Source: Dehalococcoidia bacterium
GTDB taxonomy: Bacteria; Chloroflexota; Dehalococcoidia; Lucifugimonadales; JADFKI01
Assembly: GCA_965214635.1 (NCBI GenBank)
Contig: OZ243964.1
Coordinates: 2,195,696 to 2,259,695, forward strand
Direction of reading: 5' to 3'
Length of the DNA stretch: 64,000 bases
Shown here: positions 27,329 through 36,362 of the stretch, one piece after another
Layout of the letters: every line of letters begins with the position of its first letter
How positions within the stretch are numbered: position 1 is the stretch's first letter
Translations under genes and position numbers: made by a program
The notes under the pieces: generated by a model
What the model was told of the DNA's origin: nothing
The model's database searches: none
What the model saw: the letters and a program-made list of their open reading frames with translations, nothing else

Positions 27329-28177
27329 CTACTGTGGCGCAATGATGTCTATCGGCTCGTTGAAGTCCGACAGCGAGATGAGCCGCTCGATGCCTTCGTG
27401 TTCGGTGAGCGTTACGCGCCCATCGATGCGAACCTGCGTCAGGTACAATGTGCGTGCGGCAATTTGCAGCTCCACATCCACGGTAGCATCCGCTACTACA
27501 TTGCCCATCAGAGATGACAGCGCCGCCGCCGGCAGTTCTCCGATTATGAGATATGTCGCGCCATCGTAGGACAGCAGCGTTGCGTTCTGCACCTGCGCCA
27601 TTATCGATGCGATCCCGCGCGATGGGTCGAAGAACCCGAGCGGGCTGATTTCCGCCGGCACGGGCTGCCACTCGCCCGACAATGGATGCGTCATGTACAC
27701 ATCGCCGCCGATCGATGCCACGCCGCCCGCAAGAACGAAATTGCCGGATACGCCGGTGTACTCAAGCATGAGGCGGTCGGGGCGCTGAACACTGCCGCTC
27801 ACCTCGGTCAGCAGCAGGTTTGCCACAAGCGGTGTGCCGCCACCCTCGGCGTGCTCCAAGCGAAAGCGAAACGAATCCAGCGCCGCCATTACCTCTCCCG
27901 ATTCCGAGAGCACGGCGTCCGGGTTGATGGGCGTTGGCGTCGGGGTAGGCGTAGGCAGTGGTGTCGGCGTTGGAACCGGCGTCGGCGTCTGGGTGGGCAG
28001 TGGCGTTGATAGCGCTGCTGCCGTGGATGTTGTGGCAGGGCTGACTGCTCGACGCGGCGGCGCATCAGTGCAGGCGTTCAGCACACCCACGACAGCGAGC
28101 AGCGGCAAGAGCACGCCCGCCAACCGGATAATATGCTTTGACGCTGCAGCAGCCATACTCGCTTCTTTAAGACCCAT
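27329..28177 (-). CDS. lipoprotein, LppX/LprG (LprAFG, LolA-fold)-like
   Basis: Signal peptide plus lipobox (LAVVGVLNAC), Pro/Thr linker (PTPTPVPTPTPLPTPTPTPTP). The C-terminal ~190 aa have a pattern resembling PF07161 proteins. Family call is by eye only. Confidence 0.5.
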   Translation of the reverse strand: MGLKEASMAAAASKHIIRLAGVLLPLLAVVGVLNACTDAPPRRAVSPATTSTAAALSTPLPTQTPTPVPTPTPLPTPTPTPTPINPDAVLSESGEVMAALDSFRFRLEHAEGGGTPLVANLLLTEVSGSVQRPDRLMLEYTGVSGNFVLAGGVASIGGDVYMTHPLSGEWQPVPAEISPLGFFDPSRGIASIMAQVQNATLLSYDGATYLIIGELPAAALSSLMGNVVADATVDVELQIAARTLYLTQVRIDGRVTLTEHEGIERLISLSDFNEPIDIIAPQ

Positions 28178-28367
28178 GCAGTTAGTATCTGCCTTACGCG
28201 CCTATATATGTCCACCTATCATAGCATTCAGGTCCAACCTATATATCGCGCTCCCAACCATCGCCTCTGTCCACATCCAATTCGAGGTCGGGGGACCGAA
28301 AAACACAAAGACCCCATCCGAGCGAGCGGATGAAGTCTTTGCGTTTTAGCCTTGTTTGTGGTTGATG

Positions 28368-29408
28368 CTACGCTTTGGCAGCCTGCCTGCGCTCCCTGTA
28401 CAGCAGTGTCGAGCCACCGATTAGCAGCATCAGCGCTGCGAGCATTGCGAGCTGCATCGCGGCTGGCACAGAGCCGTCGCCAACATCACTCGGCGCACCG
28501 ATAGCGGTAACATCGAAGTGCTTCAGGTTGAAGGTTGCCATCATCTGTGCGCTGACATAGGCATCGCTCAAGCCGTCTGCGGTGTCAGCATCCACACCAT
28601 CTGCGGCAGCGGCAAGTCGGCCGTTGACCACATTCAGCAGAGTGCGCGCAACTTCGATGTCGGTTGCGGCAGATGCGACTTCCGCACCGGCTTTGGCTTC
28701 CTCAGCCCACGCTGACATGTTGTCGCTTGCACCAATGACTTTGGACGCAAGCTCGCCCGCCTCACCCGCAATTGCCAAGTTCGCCTGCTCCGATGCGCTC
28801 GCCACCAACGGCATGATGCCGGAGTCGATGATTCCCACGGCTTCTGCGGTCGCAGCTTGCAGTTCGCTGATTTCGGATGCGGCTTGCGCTTCGTCCACCT
28901 TTGCAATCGCCATATGAATCTGCTCTTCTAGCTGGGTTAGCAGACCGGTGTCGGCTTCGCCCCCGGCGACGATGAGCTGTCGGACTGGGTCGATGGCATC
29001 GCTTGGGATAACGGCTGAGAACGCCAGATTATCCGACGGCGCTGCGTCCTCATCGGGCACTGGCTCGATGGTGACCTTTATCATATCGTAGGTGGCGAGG
29101 ATGTTCGATGCATCCGGCGTAGACCACTCGTGGTCTATCATGCCATTTACCTGCGCCATCGTTCCGGTGCTCACGGCTTCGCCGGTTTCAGAGTTGATCA
29201 GCCAGCCCTCATATGCCTCGCCGCTCTGCAGCGCCGTGACGCCAGACATAGAGTACACGAGCATATCGCTCATGCCGAACGAGTCCTTGACCATAGCGGT
29301 GCCAGACCCTACAACATCTTCCGCCACTGTCTCGGCTTGCGCTACCGCAGCCGGCAGGGTCATTAGAAGAATCAGTCCCAGTGTTATCAGAATTTTAGAC
29401 CTAGACAT
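28368..29408 (-). CDS. secreted, C-terminally anchored protein with RskA-C-like N-domain and Ala-rich helical region
   Basis: Signal peptide MSRSKILITLGLILLMTLPAAVAQA. YEGWLIN....VSTG....VTIEP resembles the anti-sigma-K RskA C-terminal fold. C-terminal TM helix plus basic tail. GGAGGA SD. Confidence 0.5.
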   Translation of the reverse strand: MSRSKILITLGLILLMTLPAAVAQAETVAEDVVGSGTAMVKDSFGMSDMLVYSMSGVTALQSGEAYEGWLINSETGEAVSTGTMAQVNGMIDHEWSTPDASNILATYDMIKVTIEPVPDEDAAPSDNLAFSAVIPSDAIDPVRQLIVAGGEADTGLLTQLEEQIHMAIAKVDEAQAASEISELQAATAEAVGIIDSGIMPLVASASEQANLAIAGEAGELASKVIGASDNMSAWAEEAKAGAEVASAATDIEVARTLLNVVNGRLAAAADGVDADTADGLSDAYVSAQMMATFNLKHFDVTAIGAPSDVGDGSVPAAMQLAMLAALMLLIGGSTLLYRERRQAAKA

Positions 29409-29835
29409 GCTAAGCTCTTATCCTCCTTCTGAGAGATTGGAAAGACCTAATTTTCAAGTAGTAACCTTACCACAATCTATTTGAACATAATAGACCTTGT
29501 GGGCGTTAATTTTGCACAATTATCAGACTTGTAAAAACCTGCGCCCACCCTCGCAACTGCATAGGTTCCACTCGGCGGCTATCATACCACACATGAACGC
29601 AGCGGCGCACTATCTCCGAGCCAACCGCAACACATTATATCCAAGTCCGCCTCATAAGGCTACACATTTTTCGATTGCTTTGACGCTTCCTATGTTCATT
29701 ATCCATTCCCTCTTCGTTCTAGACAGCCCCAAGCATTGGCAGTTGCGGCGCCGGCATAAGTTGCTTGCTTGTGCTGCGCCGTATTTCCGTGTGCGGCGTG
29801 AGGGAGAATTGCATTTTGGGGACGGGTGCTAGGTG

Positions 29836-30579
29836 CTACGGCTGCGCGGCGTTTACGCTTGCGGACGGGTCGCCGCCGAACACGCCAAACGGGTTGAGCG
29901 AGCGGGGAGCGTCGTAGGCGTCCATCTGCTCCACGCGCTTGAGCCAGCCCACGACGAGGTATGTCAGCGGTGTGGCGAGGATTTCGTATGCGGTCTTGGC
30001 GAGCCAAGCAGACACCATGGCGTTCAGCGCCACCGGCAGCGGCCATATGCCCGATATGCCGAAAGCGATGCCGAAGAAGATGACCGAATCCACGCCCTGA
30101 CCTAGCACGGTGGACGATATGGTTCGCAGCCACAGGAAGCGCCCGCGCGTGCGGTTTTTCAGCGTAACCATCACCATAGCGTTGGTGAACTCGCCCACGA
30201 TGTACGCAACGAAGCTGCCCAGCAGTATCCAGCCCGTCGCGCCGAGTATGCTTGCGTATGCGTCTTGCCCGTCCCAGAAGCCGGACCCGGGGATGATGCC
30301 GCCAATCCAAAACAGGCACACCATCAGCAGGTTGCACACGAAGCCGAGCCATATCACGCCGCGCACCACGCGAAAGCCGTACACTTCCGTCAGCACATCG
30401 CTGATTATGTACGCCACCGGGAAGCAGATGATGGCGGCAGACACCACGAACTCGCTGCTCCCGAACAGGCTGAACGGCAGGTCAAACAGCGTTACCGGCT
30501 TGACGGCGATGATGTTGCTGACGAGCAGCACGGTTACCGACAAGGCGGCGATGATTACCAGTCTGCCTGAGAATTGCAC
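29836..30579 (-). CDS. yhhQ: queuosine-precursor (VUT/YhhQ family, DUF165) transporter
   Basis: FPVAYIISDVLTEVYG and later conserved helices typical of YhhQ/DUF165. GTG start. Confidence 0.8.
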   Translation of the reverse strand: MQFSGRLVIIAALSVTVLLVSNIIAVKPVTLFDLPFSLFGSSEFVVSAAIICFPVAYIISDVLTEVYGFRVVRGVIWLGFVCNLLMVCLFWIGGIIPGSGFWDGQDAYASILGATGWILLGSFVAYIVGEFTNAMVMVTLKNRTRGRFLWLRTISSTVLGQGVDSVIFFGIAFGISGIWPLPVALNAMVSAWLAKTAYEILATPLTYLVVGWLKRVEQMDAYDAPRSLNPFGVFGGDPSASVNAAQP

Positions 30580-31088
30580 TTGAACGAAAACCTCGATGCT
30601 TGGGGCTGCGACTGCGAAACACGGGTATATTCTGTTACCCGTCGCTCTGTCGTGTCAAGACAATGGGCATGTGGGCGGCGCAATTTCTCCCAATGAGCCA
30701 ACGATTGCGCTGGGCAATCTCAGACCTACGCCAATGTCGCTGATGCCTAGGATGCCTGAGGGAGGGGGATCGTGCAGGCGATATGCTTTCGAACGCCAGA
30801 ATACGCGCACAACGGGAGGCGCATACACCCGCAGCATTAGACGCCTGCGTCGATGGGTGTCTGAGGGGTGTCGCCGTTGAGGATTTGCCGTAGAAGCTGC
30901 GCTATGCGGCGCGGCACGAAGGTCTCCGCTGCGCCGTGCGCCTCGAGTTCGCTCACGCTCCACCAGCGGAGTATACAAGTGCAAAGGGAACATCCCGAAA
31001 AGATATGTACTGCCCCAGCCTATCTTTCATTATAAGAACTTTCATCGGAGTCAACAGGACTTTCATAGGCAGTCATTATTGGAAAGAC

Positions 31089-31958
31089 TTACCCCTCTGC
31101 CGCTCGCTTGCGGCGCAGAGCGGCAAGCACCTCGTTCATGCTGCCGGAGCGGAAACCCTGCAAGTCCAGCGTCACATATGAGTAGCCGATTTCGCGGAAC
31201 TTTGCCACAATCTGCTCGCGCACGGCATCGTCTGTGAGCATAACGAAGTCCTGCGGCTCGACCTCGATGCGCGCAACGGTGTCGTGGTGGCGCACTCGGA
31301 GCTGTCGGATGCCGATGCTGTGCAAATACTCCTCAGCTTGAGCTATGCGGGTCAGCGCCTCCACCGTAACCATCGTGCCGTATGGAATGCGCGAGGATAG
31401 GCAGGCTTGCGCCGGCTTGTCCCATGTGGGCAGGTCCATATGCTGGGACAGCGCGCGGATTTCGTCCTTGCACAGGTCGGCTTCCACCATCGGGCTGCGG
31501 ACGCCGTACTGCTTGGCGGCGTTCAGCCCGGGGCGGAAGTCGCCTAGGTCGTCGGTGTTCGTGCCGTTGGCGATGGCGGCGTAGTTTTCTGATGCGGCGA
31601 ACTCGCTCAGGTATGTGTAAAGCTCATCCTTGCAGAAGAAGCAGCGGTTGGGGTTGTTGGCGGCGTAGTCCTCGCGCTCCACCTCATGCGTCTCGATGAT
31701 GCGGTGGTTGACCCCGAGCCGCTGGGCGAGTTCTATCGCCTCCGCCAACTCGGACGGCGCAAGGCTGGGCGACTTCGCGGTAACGGCAAGGGCGCGGTCG
31801 CCTAGCACTTCGTGCGCTGTGGCGGCGAGAAATGCGCTGTCAGCGCCCCCAGAATACGCCACGATGACCGACCCCATATCCGCAAGTATGGACTTCAGTG
31901 CGCCCATCTTCTCTTCGATAGTCTTTATGGTTTCCACTTGTGTGGTCTGTGTGGTCAT
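31089..31958 (-). CDS. larE: ATP-dependent sacrificial sulfur transferase LarE family (PP-loop, TIGR00268-like)
   Basis: PP-loop AYSGGADSAF, CFFCKDELY, ACLSSRIPYG and C-terminal VTLDLQGFRSGSMN, all collinear with LarE as remembered. Confidence 0.8.
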   Translation of the reverse strand: MTTQTTQVETIKTIEEKMGALKSILADMGSVIVAYSGGADSAFLAATAHEVLGDRALAVTAKSPSLAPSELAEAIELAQRLGVNHRIIETHEVEREDYAANNPNRCFFCKDELYTYLSEFAASENYAAIANGTNTDDLGDFRPGLNAAKQYGVRSPMVEADLCKDEIRALSQHMDLPTWDKPAQACLSSRIPYGTMVTVEALTRIAQAEEYLHSIGIRQLRVRHHDTVARIEVEPQDFVMLTDDAVREQIVAKFREIGYSYVTLDLQGFRSGSMNEVLAALRRKRAAEG

Positions 31959-32030
31959 TGGAGTGTGCCTCCGTGCTGAGCGTCGTTGCCCGTTCACCAT
32001 AGCCGGGCACCTCTGCCCGGCTTCGCGTCG

Positions 32031-32909
32031 CTACTCCGCCATCAGCGCCGCCACAATGGCGCGCATTTCGTCTGCGTAGTACCCGTAGGAGCGGTTCTGA
32101 TAGCCCAAGATGCGCTGGCTCTCTTCGGTGTCGTACCAGTCCACCCAGCCGGGAGATTGGCGATAGTCCACATCCTCGAAGGGCGCGCCCATGAAGTCGT
32201 AGAAGTCGCGGGCGTAATCCTCGCCACGAAGCTGCCAAGTCTGCCCGCCGGCGATGTTCAGCACCTTGTTTGCGGCTTCGGGCGCATCCACCGATGCGAA
32301 CAGGGCGTCCACCACATCATCTCGATGCACCATCTCGACGCGCTGGTCGGCGACGAATGGCCACGGGCTTGGCGGCTCCAAGAAAGCGGGCACGGCGATG
32401 CCGGCGATGCGCATCGCAATCCAAGTCAACTTCGACTCGCGCACCATCCGTTCGCCCACTATCTTGCTGTCGGCGTAGATGTCTATGGCAGACTGCGGAT
32501 GCGTAACGCGGACGGGCGGCTCTTCAGCGCTGGTGTTGCCGTAGGTGCTGATGGACGATGTGAAGATGAGCGCTGCGTTCGGGGCATGTTGCTCCATCGC
32601 CTTGATGATGTTTTCAGTGCCGCCCACATTCACGGCGAAGGTGCGGTCTCGGTCGCGCTCGCTGTTGGGGGGCAGCAGCGCTGCAAGGTGCACAACTGCG
32701 CTCACGCCGCTGATTGCGTCCGCAACCTGAGCTGCATCGGTGATGTCGCCCTTGACGATTTCTATGGCATCGCGCCCTTCTAACCCGTCGAAATCCATGA
32801 ACGGCAGGTCGAAGATGCGGATGCTGCGCCCCGACGCCACCAACCGTTCGACGAGCATACGCCCGACGCTGCCTGCGCCGCCCGTAACCAGAACCGGCGC
32901 ACTACTCAT
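32031..32909 (-). CDS. NAD-dependent epimerase/dehydratase (extended SDR)
   Basis: VLVTGGAGSVGRMLVERL Rossmann motif, YADSK catalytic motif. Confidence 0.8.
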   Translation of the reverse strand: MSSAPVLVTGGAGSVGRMLVERLVASGRSIRIFDLPFMDFDGLEGRDAIEIVKGDITDAAQVADAISGVSAVVHLAALLPPNSERDRDRTFAVNVGGTENIIKAMEQHAPNAALIFTSSISTYGNTSAEEPPVRVTHPQSAIDIYADSKIVGERMVRESKLTWIAMRIAGIAVPAFLEPPSPWPFVADQRVEMVHRDDVVDALFASVDAPEAANKVLNIAGGQTWQLRGEDYARDFYDFMGAPFEDVDYRQSPGWVDWYDTEESQRILGYQNRSYGYYADEMRAIVAALMAE

Positions 32910-33229
32910 GTCAGCGTAACTCCCTTCATGCCCGCCTTCTCTATGAGCGTCTGCGAGCTTGCGATGAGCTGCTCTATGGCGGGGCCAAAGCTGTCCCAGT
33001 CCTCACTCTGCCGCATCGTGAGCACGGACGACGACTCGCGCACCACAGCGCGCGCCGCCGGAACGCTGGGCATCGTCTTGAAGAAGAATGTGTCGCTGAT
33101 TTCGTCGAACTTTTCGAGTATCTCGACTATGGAAGTCTCCCATGCGGGGTTGACCGTGCCAAGCCCGTCGGCAATCTGTTGGCAGTTGTCGATGGACTGT
33201 TCCAAAAGCTCTTGTCCTGATACCGGCAT
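32906..33229 (-). CDS. hypothetical protein (107 aa, acidic, helical-looking)
   Basis: Its ORF stop overlaps the epimerase start (ATGA coupling). No recognisable motif. Confidence 0.5.
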   Translation of the reverse strand: MPVSGQELLEQSIDNCQQIADGLGTVNPAWETSIVEILEKFDEISDTFFFKTMPSVPAARAVVRESSSVLTMRQSEDWDSFGPAIEQLIASSQTLIEKAGMKGVTLT

Positions 33230-33325
33230 AAGCTATCCCTCCTTGCGGATGATTTCGTGCGCGCATGATAGCACAATGTGTATTTTGCCGTTGATTTGCG
33301 CTTGCGTCAAGCCTGCGAACGGCAA

Positions 33326-34391
33326 GGTAGCGTTTCCATTCAGGTGGTCGAAGACAGAAGCCCCCTGCGTTGCAGTAGTACCAACAGGTTGTGAGGCGTC
33401 CACGCTGTGCCCATTCGCTCCCGACGCCTTATCTCTCGCTGAAACCGCTCCAACCGAGATGTGGTCTTGTATCTAAACTGACCAGTACCCAGATGCGCCA
33501 ATCCCTTAACCAGCGCCTTCTTGCACCACATCAACCCACGACCACCCGTCAACTTCACTATCCGAGAAGCCAATTTCCTTGCCTCAGACAAGTCTTCTGA
33601 CATCAGCAACTCTTTGGCTTCGTCCCAGCCCACCTCGCCTACCTTGCGCCTGTACTCCCGAAGCAGATGGAACTGGCATAGCTGATGGGCTGTGCCTCTG
33701 CCATAGACCATTCCTATGGCCTCTGCTATCGCTCTGTCCCCATCGCTCACTAGGTGGGCAGGCTGCCTTACTCCTCGCTTATAGGCTTCGGTCAGCGTGT
33801 CTTCCCAACTCCCGAACGACGCCATTACACCGCCTTTGTCATCCCGGAACACCTTCAATTCCTGCTTCCCACGACGAACACCCACCCACACTCCATCCAT
33901 CTCCGCCACATCACCTTTCAGCTCAGGTCGCTCCAACTTCTCCTGCTTGATCCACTTGCACAAGGTGCTCTTGGCGAACCCATACATCTCTCCAACCTTG
34001 GCGTAACTCAACCCCATCGCCGCCAGTCTCACCGCCTCTTCGCGCGTTTTTTTGAGTACGACTTGCGGCGCTCCACATCGCCCACTAGCTCCATACCGCT
34101 CTGCATATCTCCGCACTTCCCGCATCTGAACACGGGCATTGCCAAGTTCACTGCGCCATACTTGGTGATGAGTGTGCGACGATAGCTGTGATGGCGTGCC
34201 ATCGCTAGGTCGCAGGCTTTGCACATCGGCTTGTAGAGCATCAGCGCATCTTGAAGTGTGTCTTGTATTTCCTGTGTAACGGTCTTTTCTGCTTGCTCTT
34301 CCAGTCGGTATAGCATACCCATTCGGTTACCCCCTCTGATGATGGCTTATGCCTCATTCTACAACTCGACCACCTGAATGGAAACGCTATC
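33326..34391 (-). mobile_element. complete insertion sequence (1066 bp), IS1-family-like architecture
   Basis: Terminal inverted repeats GGTAGCGTTTCCATTCAGGTGGTCGA (33326..33351) and its complement with one mismatch (34366..34391). 8-bp direct target duplications AACGGCAA at 33318..33325 and 34392..34399. Two overlapping transposase ORFs with an A7 slippery run. Confidence 0.85.
33340..34322 (-). CDS. transposase, OrfA-OrfB produced by -1 programmed frameshift (Zn-finger/HTH + DDE-type domain)
   Basis: OrfA (34029..34322) has CKAC...CGKC. OrfB (33340..34224) has HTH LSYAKVGEMYGFAKSTLCKWI and candidate catalytic region EMDGVW...VSDGDRAI...QFHLLREYRR. The frames overlap at AAAAAAA (34047..34053), and OrfB is in the -1 frame. 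Confidence 0.75.
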
Positions 34392-34596
34392 AACGGCAAC
34401 CGTTTGCTGTGCATTAGAACCCGTTCGGTCTATCGCCATGACTGGCGCGGCGAATGGGGATGCGCCTGCGCAATGGCGAACCATACAGAAGGCAGAAAGA
34501 GGACGCCGCCTCGATTCTAAAAGCGGCGCCCTTACTTTTCTGCGTCTAAACCTTGCTAGCGGTTAAGCCGTGTAAGTGGTTGGTTCGCTGCAGAGC

Positions 34597-36027
34597 CTAT
34601 TCGTCATCGTCTGCGGGCTGAAGCTCGCGTATCACGATGTCTATCTCTTCTTCGTGGCCATTGGTGCTGTGGTCATAGTGCCGCTTGACGCGCTCGAAGT
34701 CCACCTCGTCGTTGCGGGCAAAGCCCTTGCCGTCGTGCCTGTCGTATGGGAACGGCTGGAACTTGGCGAAACGCTCCTTGAAGCGCTGGCGGCTGGGCCT
34801 GCGGTCGTAGGGGAACTTGTGCATGTCTGCCGGCTGCGGCTCGACCTCGACCAGCGTGTAGTCGCGGCTGCCGAGACCGATCTCGTGTCCCGTGTTGATG
34901 CTGGCGACCTCACTCTGCCCGTGGAAGGTGGCAGCGGCGGCTTCGAATTTGTTGTCGCCGGGATGGTGCGCTTCCATCATCTCGGCGGCAGAACCGGGCA
35001 TACCCGGGGATTCCTTCGCCTTGTCCACGCAAGCCATGTCGATTGCCACAGCGTCTGTGCTTGCGAACACACCGAGATGCGGCACGATGGGCATATCGGC
35101 GTGGTTGCCGCAGTCGCACTTGGGCGACACATCGATAGCCATGTTGATGTAGCCGACCTTGTCGCGCCCGACGGTCTTTTCAACGGCGAGACAGGCGTCT
35201 GCGATGGCGACATCCACGGCGTCGAAATTGGCGGGCGGGATTTCGGCAAGACCGCGCGGCCCCATGACGCCAAAGCAGCCTAGGCAGGTGGCGCAGCGCT
35301 CGCGATCCCATTCCAGCTCATCGTTCTCGTTGATGTGATAGAGGTCGAACGGGCAGCAGTCTTCGAGAATTTCCCAGTCGGGCGTGTTCGCCTTGCCTTG
35401 GAAGCGCTCCGGATGGAAGACAGCAGCTGCGCCGTAGCCATAGTTGGGGTGGCCGCCCATATGCACATTCAGCTTGCCGCGCTTGGACTGCGCGCCGATG
35501 CCGAGGTTCTTGAGTGCGCCGCCGATGACGCCCATGCCGTGCCCCTTGAAGTGCGTCAGCGTGATGAGGGCGTCCGCTGCGGCAATTGCCTGCGCCACAT
35601 ATGCCTCTTTGAGCAGGTAGCCTTCGGGGATGTCCACACGGAAGTCGCTCGTGCCTATGAAGCCGTCCGCACAGATGAATGGGCAGCCCAGCGTGGCGGA
35701 GGTGTAGCCGTTGCGCTCTGCGGTGAGCAGGATGTCTAGCTCGGACGAGCGCGAACCCCACGGCGAGTATGTGGAGGTGGTGGTGTCGCAGACGAAGGGT
35801 CGCCCGCCGAGTTCCTTGATGCGGTCTGCGAGTGCGCGGGCGTACACCGGGCGCAGATACGCCGTGTTGTTCCACTCTCCGCAGTGCACCTTGATTGCCA
35901 CCATGTCGTTGGGCTTTATCATCTCGTCAAGCCCGGCGGCGTCAAACACCGTCAACATCTTGGCGACGAGGCTAGTTTCTGTCGACTCAGAGTGGGCGTC
36001 CATGTAGAAAACTTCAGATTTCGCCAT
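34597..36027 (-). CDS. DUF362-domain iron-sulfur protein
   Basis: N-terminus MAKSEVFYMD...VAIKVHCGE...RPFVCDTTT is typical of DUF362. Cys clusters CATCLGC and CDCGNH. GGAGGGACGATAATG SD; the track ORF extends to 36102. Confidence 0.75.
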   Translation of the reverse strand: MAKSEVFYMDAHSESTETSLVAKMLTVFDAAGLDEMIKPNDMVAIKVHCGEWNNTAYLRPVYARALADRIKELGGRPFVCDTTTSTYSPWGSRSSELDILLTAERNGYTSATLGCPFICADGFIGTSDFRVDIPEGYLLKEAYVAQAIAAADALITLTHFKGHGMGVIGGALKNLGIGAQSKRGKLNVHMGGHPNYGYGAAAVFHPERFQGKANTPDWEILEDCCPFDLYHINENDELEWDRERCATCLGCFGVMGPRGLAEIPPANFDAVDVAIADACLAVEKTVGRDKVGYINMAIDVSPKCDCGNHADMPIVPHLGVFASTDAVAIDMACVDKAKESPGMPGSAAEMMEAHHPGDNKFEAAAATFHGQSEVASINTGHEIGLGSRDYTLVEVEPQPADMHKFPYDRRPSRQRFKERFAKFQPFPYDRHDGKGFARNDEVDFERVKRHYDHSTNGHEEEIDIVIRELQPADDDE

Positions 36028-36362
36028 TATCGTCCTCCCTTGTAGCGTATTAACACGCAAATAGCGCCAGCCTGACGCATCCGTTTGGCATTCACTCCCC
36101 AAATTGCGCCGTGATACGGATCTGCCAAGCCGCAGATATAGTATTTCAGACTGACATTAGCATTGAAATAAACTTTTGTCAATCAGAGATTATGCAAATT
36201 TCGAAAATTGAAAAAGCCCTTTCTCACGGCAAAGAGCAGGGCATCGCCTGCCTCATCATCCTGCCCAAAGATGAGTTCCCCAGCGCTGCTATGCAAAAGC
36301 CAAGCAGAAGCCAAAAGTGTGCGGTTCTTGGACAGGTGTGCAGCGCCGATTGCGGGTTAGCG

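Noticed and set aside
29497-29832. 111-aa plus-strand ORF in the 427-bp spacer upstream of the RskA-like secreted protein gene.
   Set aside because: No SD, odd composition (His/Arg/Cys-rich). The region more plausibly holds the promoter and 5' UTR of 28368..29408.
30580-30700. Possible preQ1 riboswitch in the 5' leader of the YhhQ-type queuosine-precursor transporter.
   Set aside because: The leader has one 7-bp hairpin (ACGGGTA...TACCCGT), but I could not find the preQ1-I or preQ1-II features (short hairpin followed by an A-rich tail pairing into a pseudoknot). Needs an Infernal scan; not claimed.
30837-31066. Three in-frame ATGAAAG repeats open a 37-codon ORF on the minus strand. A second frame follows, encoding ...WSVSELEAHGAAETFVPRRIAQLLRQILNGDTPQTPIDAGV.
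   Set aside because: It would need a frameshift to make one protein, has no SD and no recognisable family. It may be a decayed gene remnant in the 500-bp non-coding stretch between larE and yhhQ, but the evidence is too thin.
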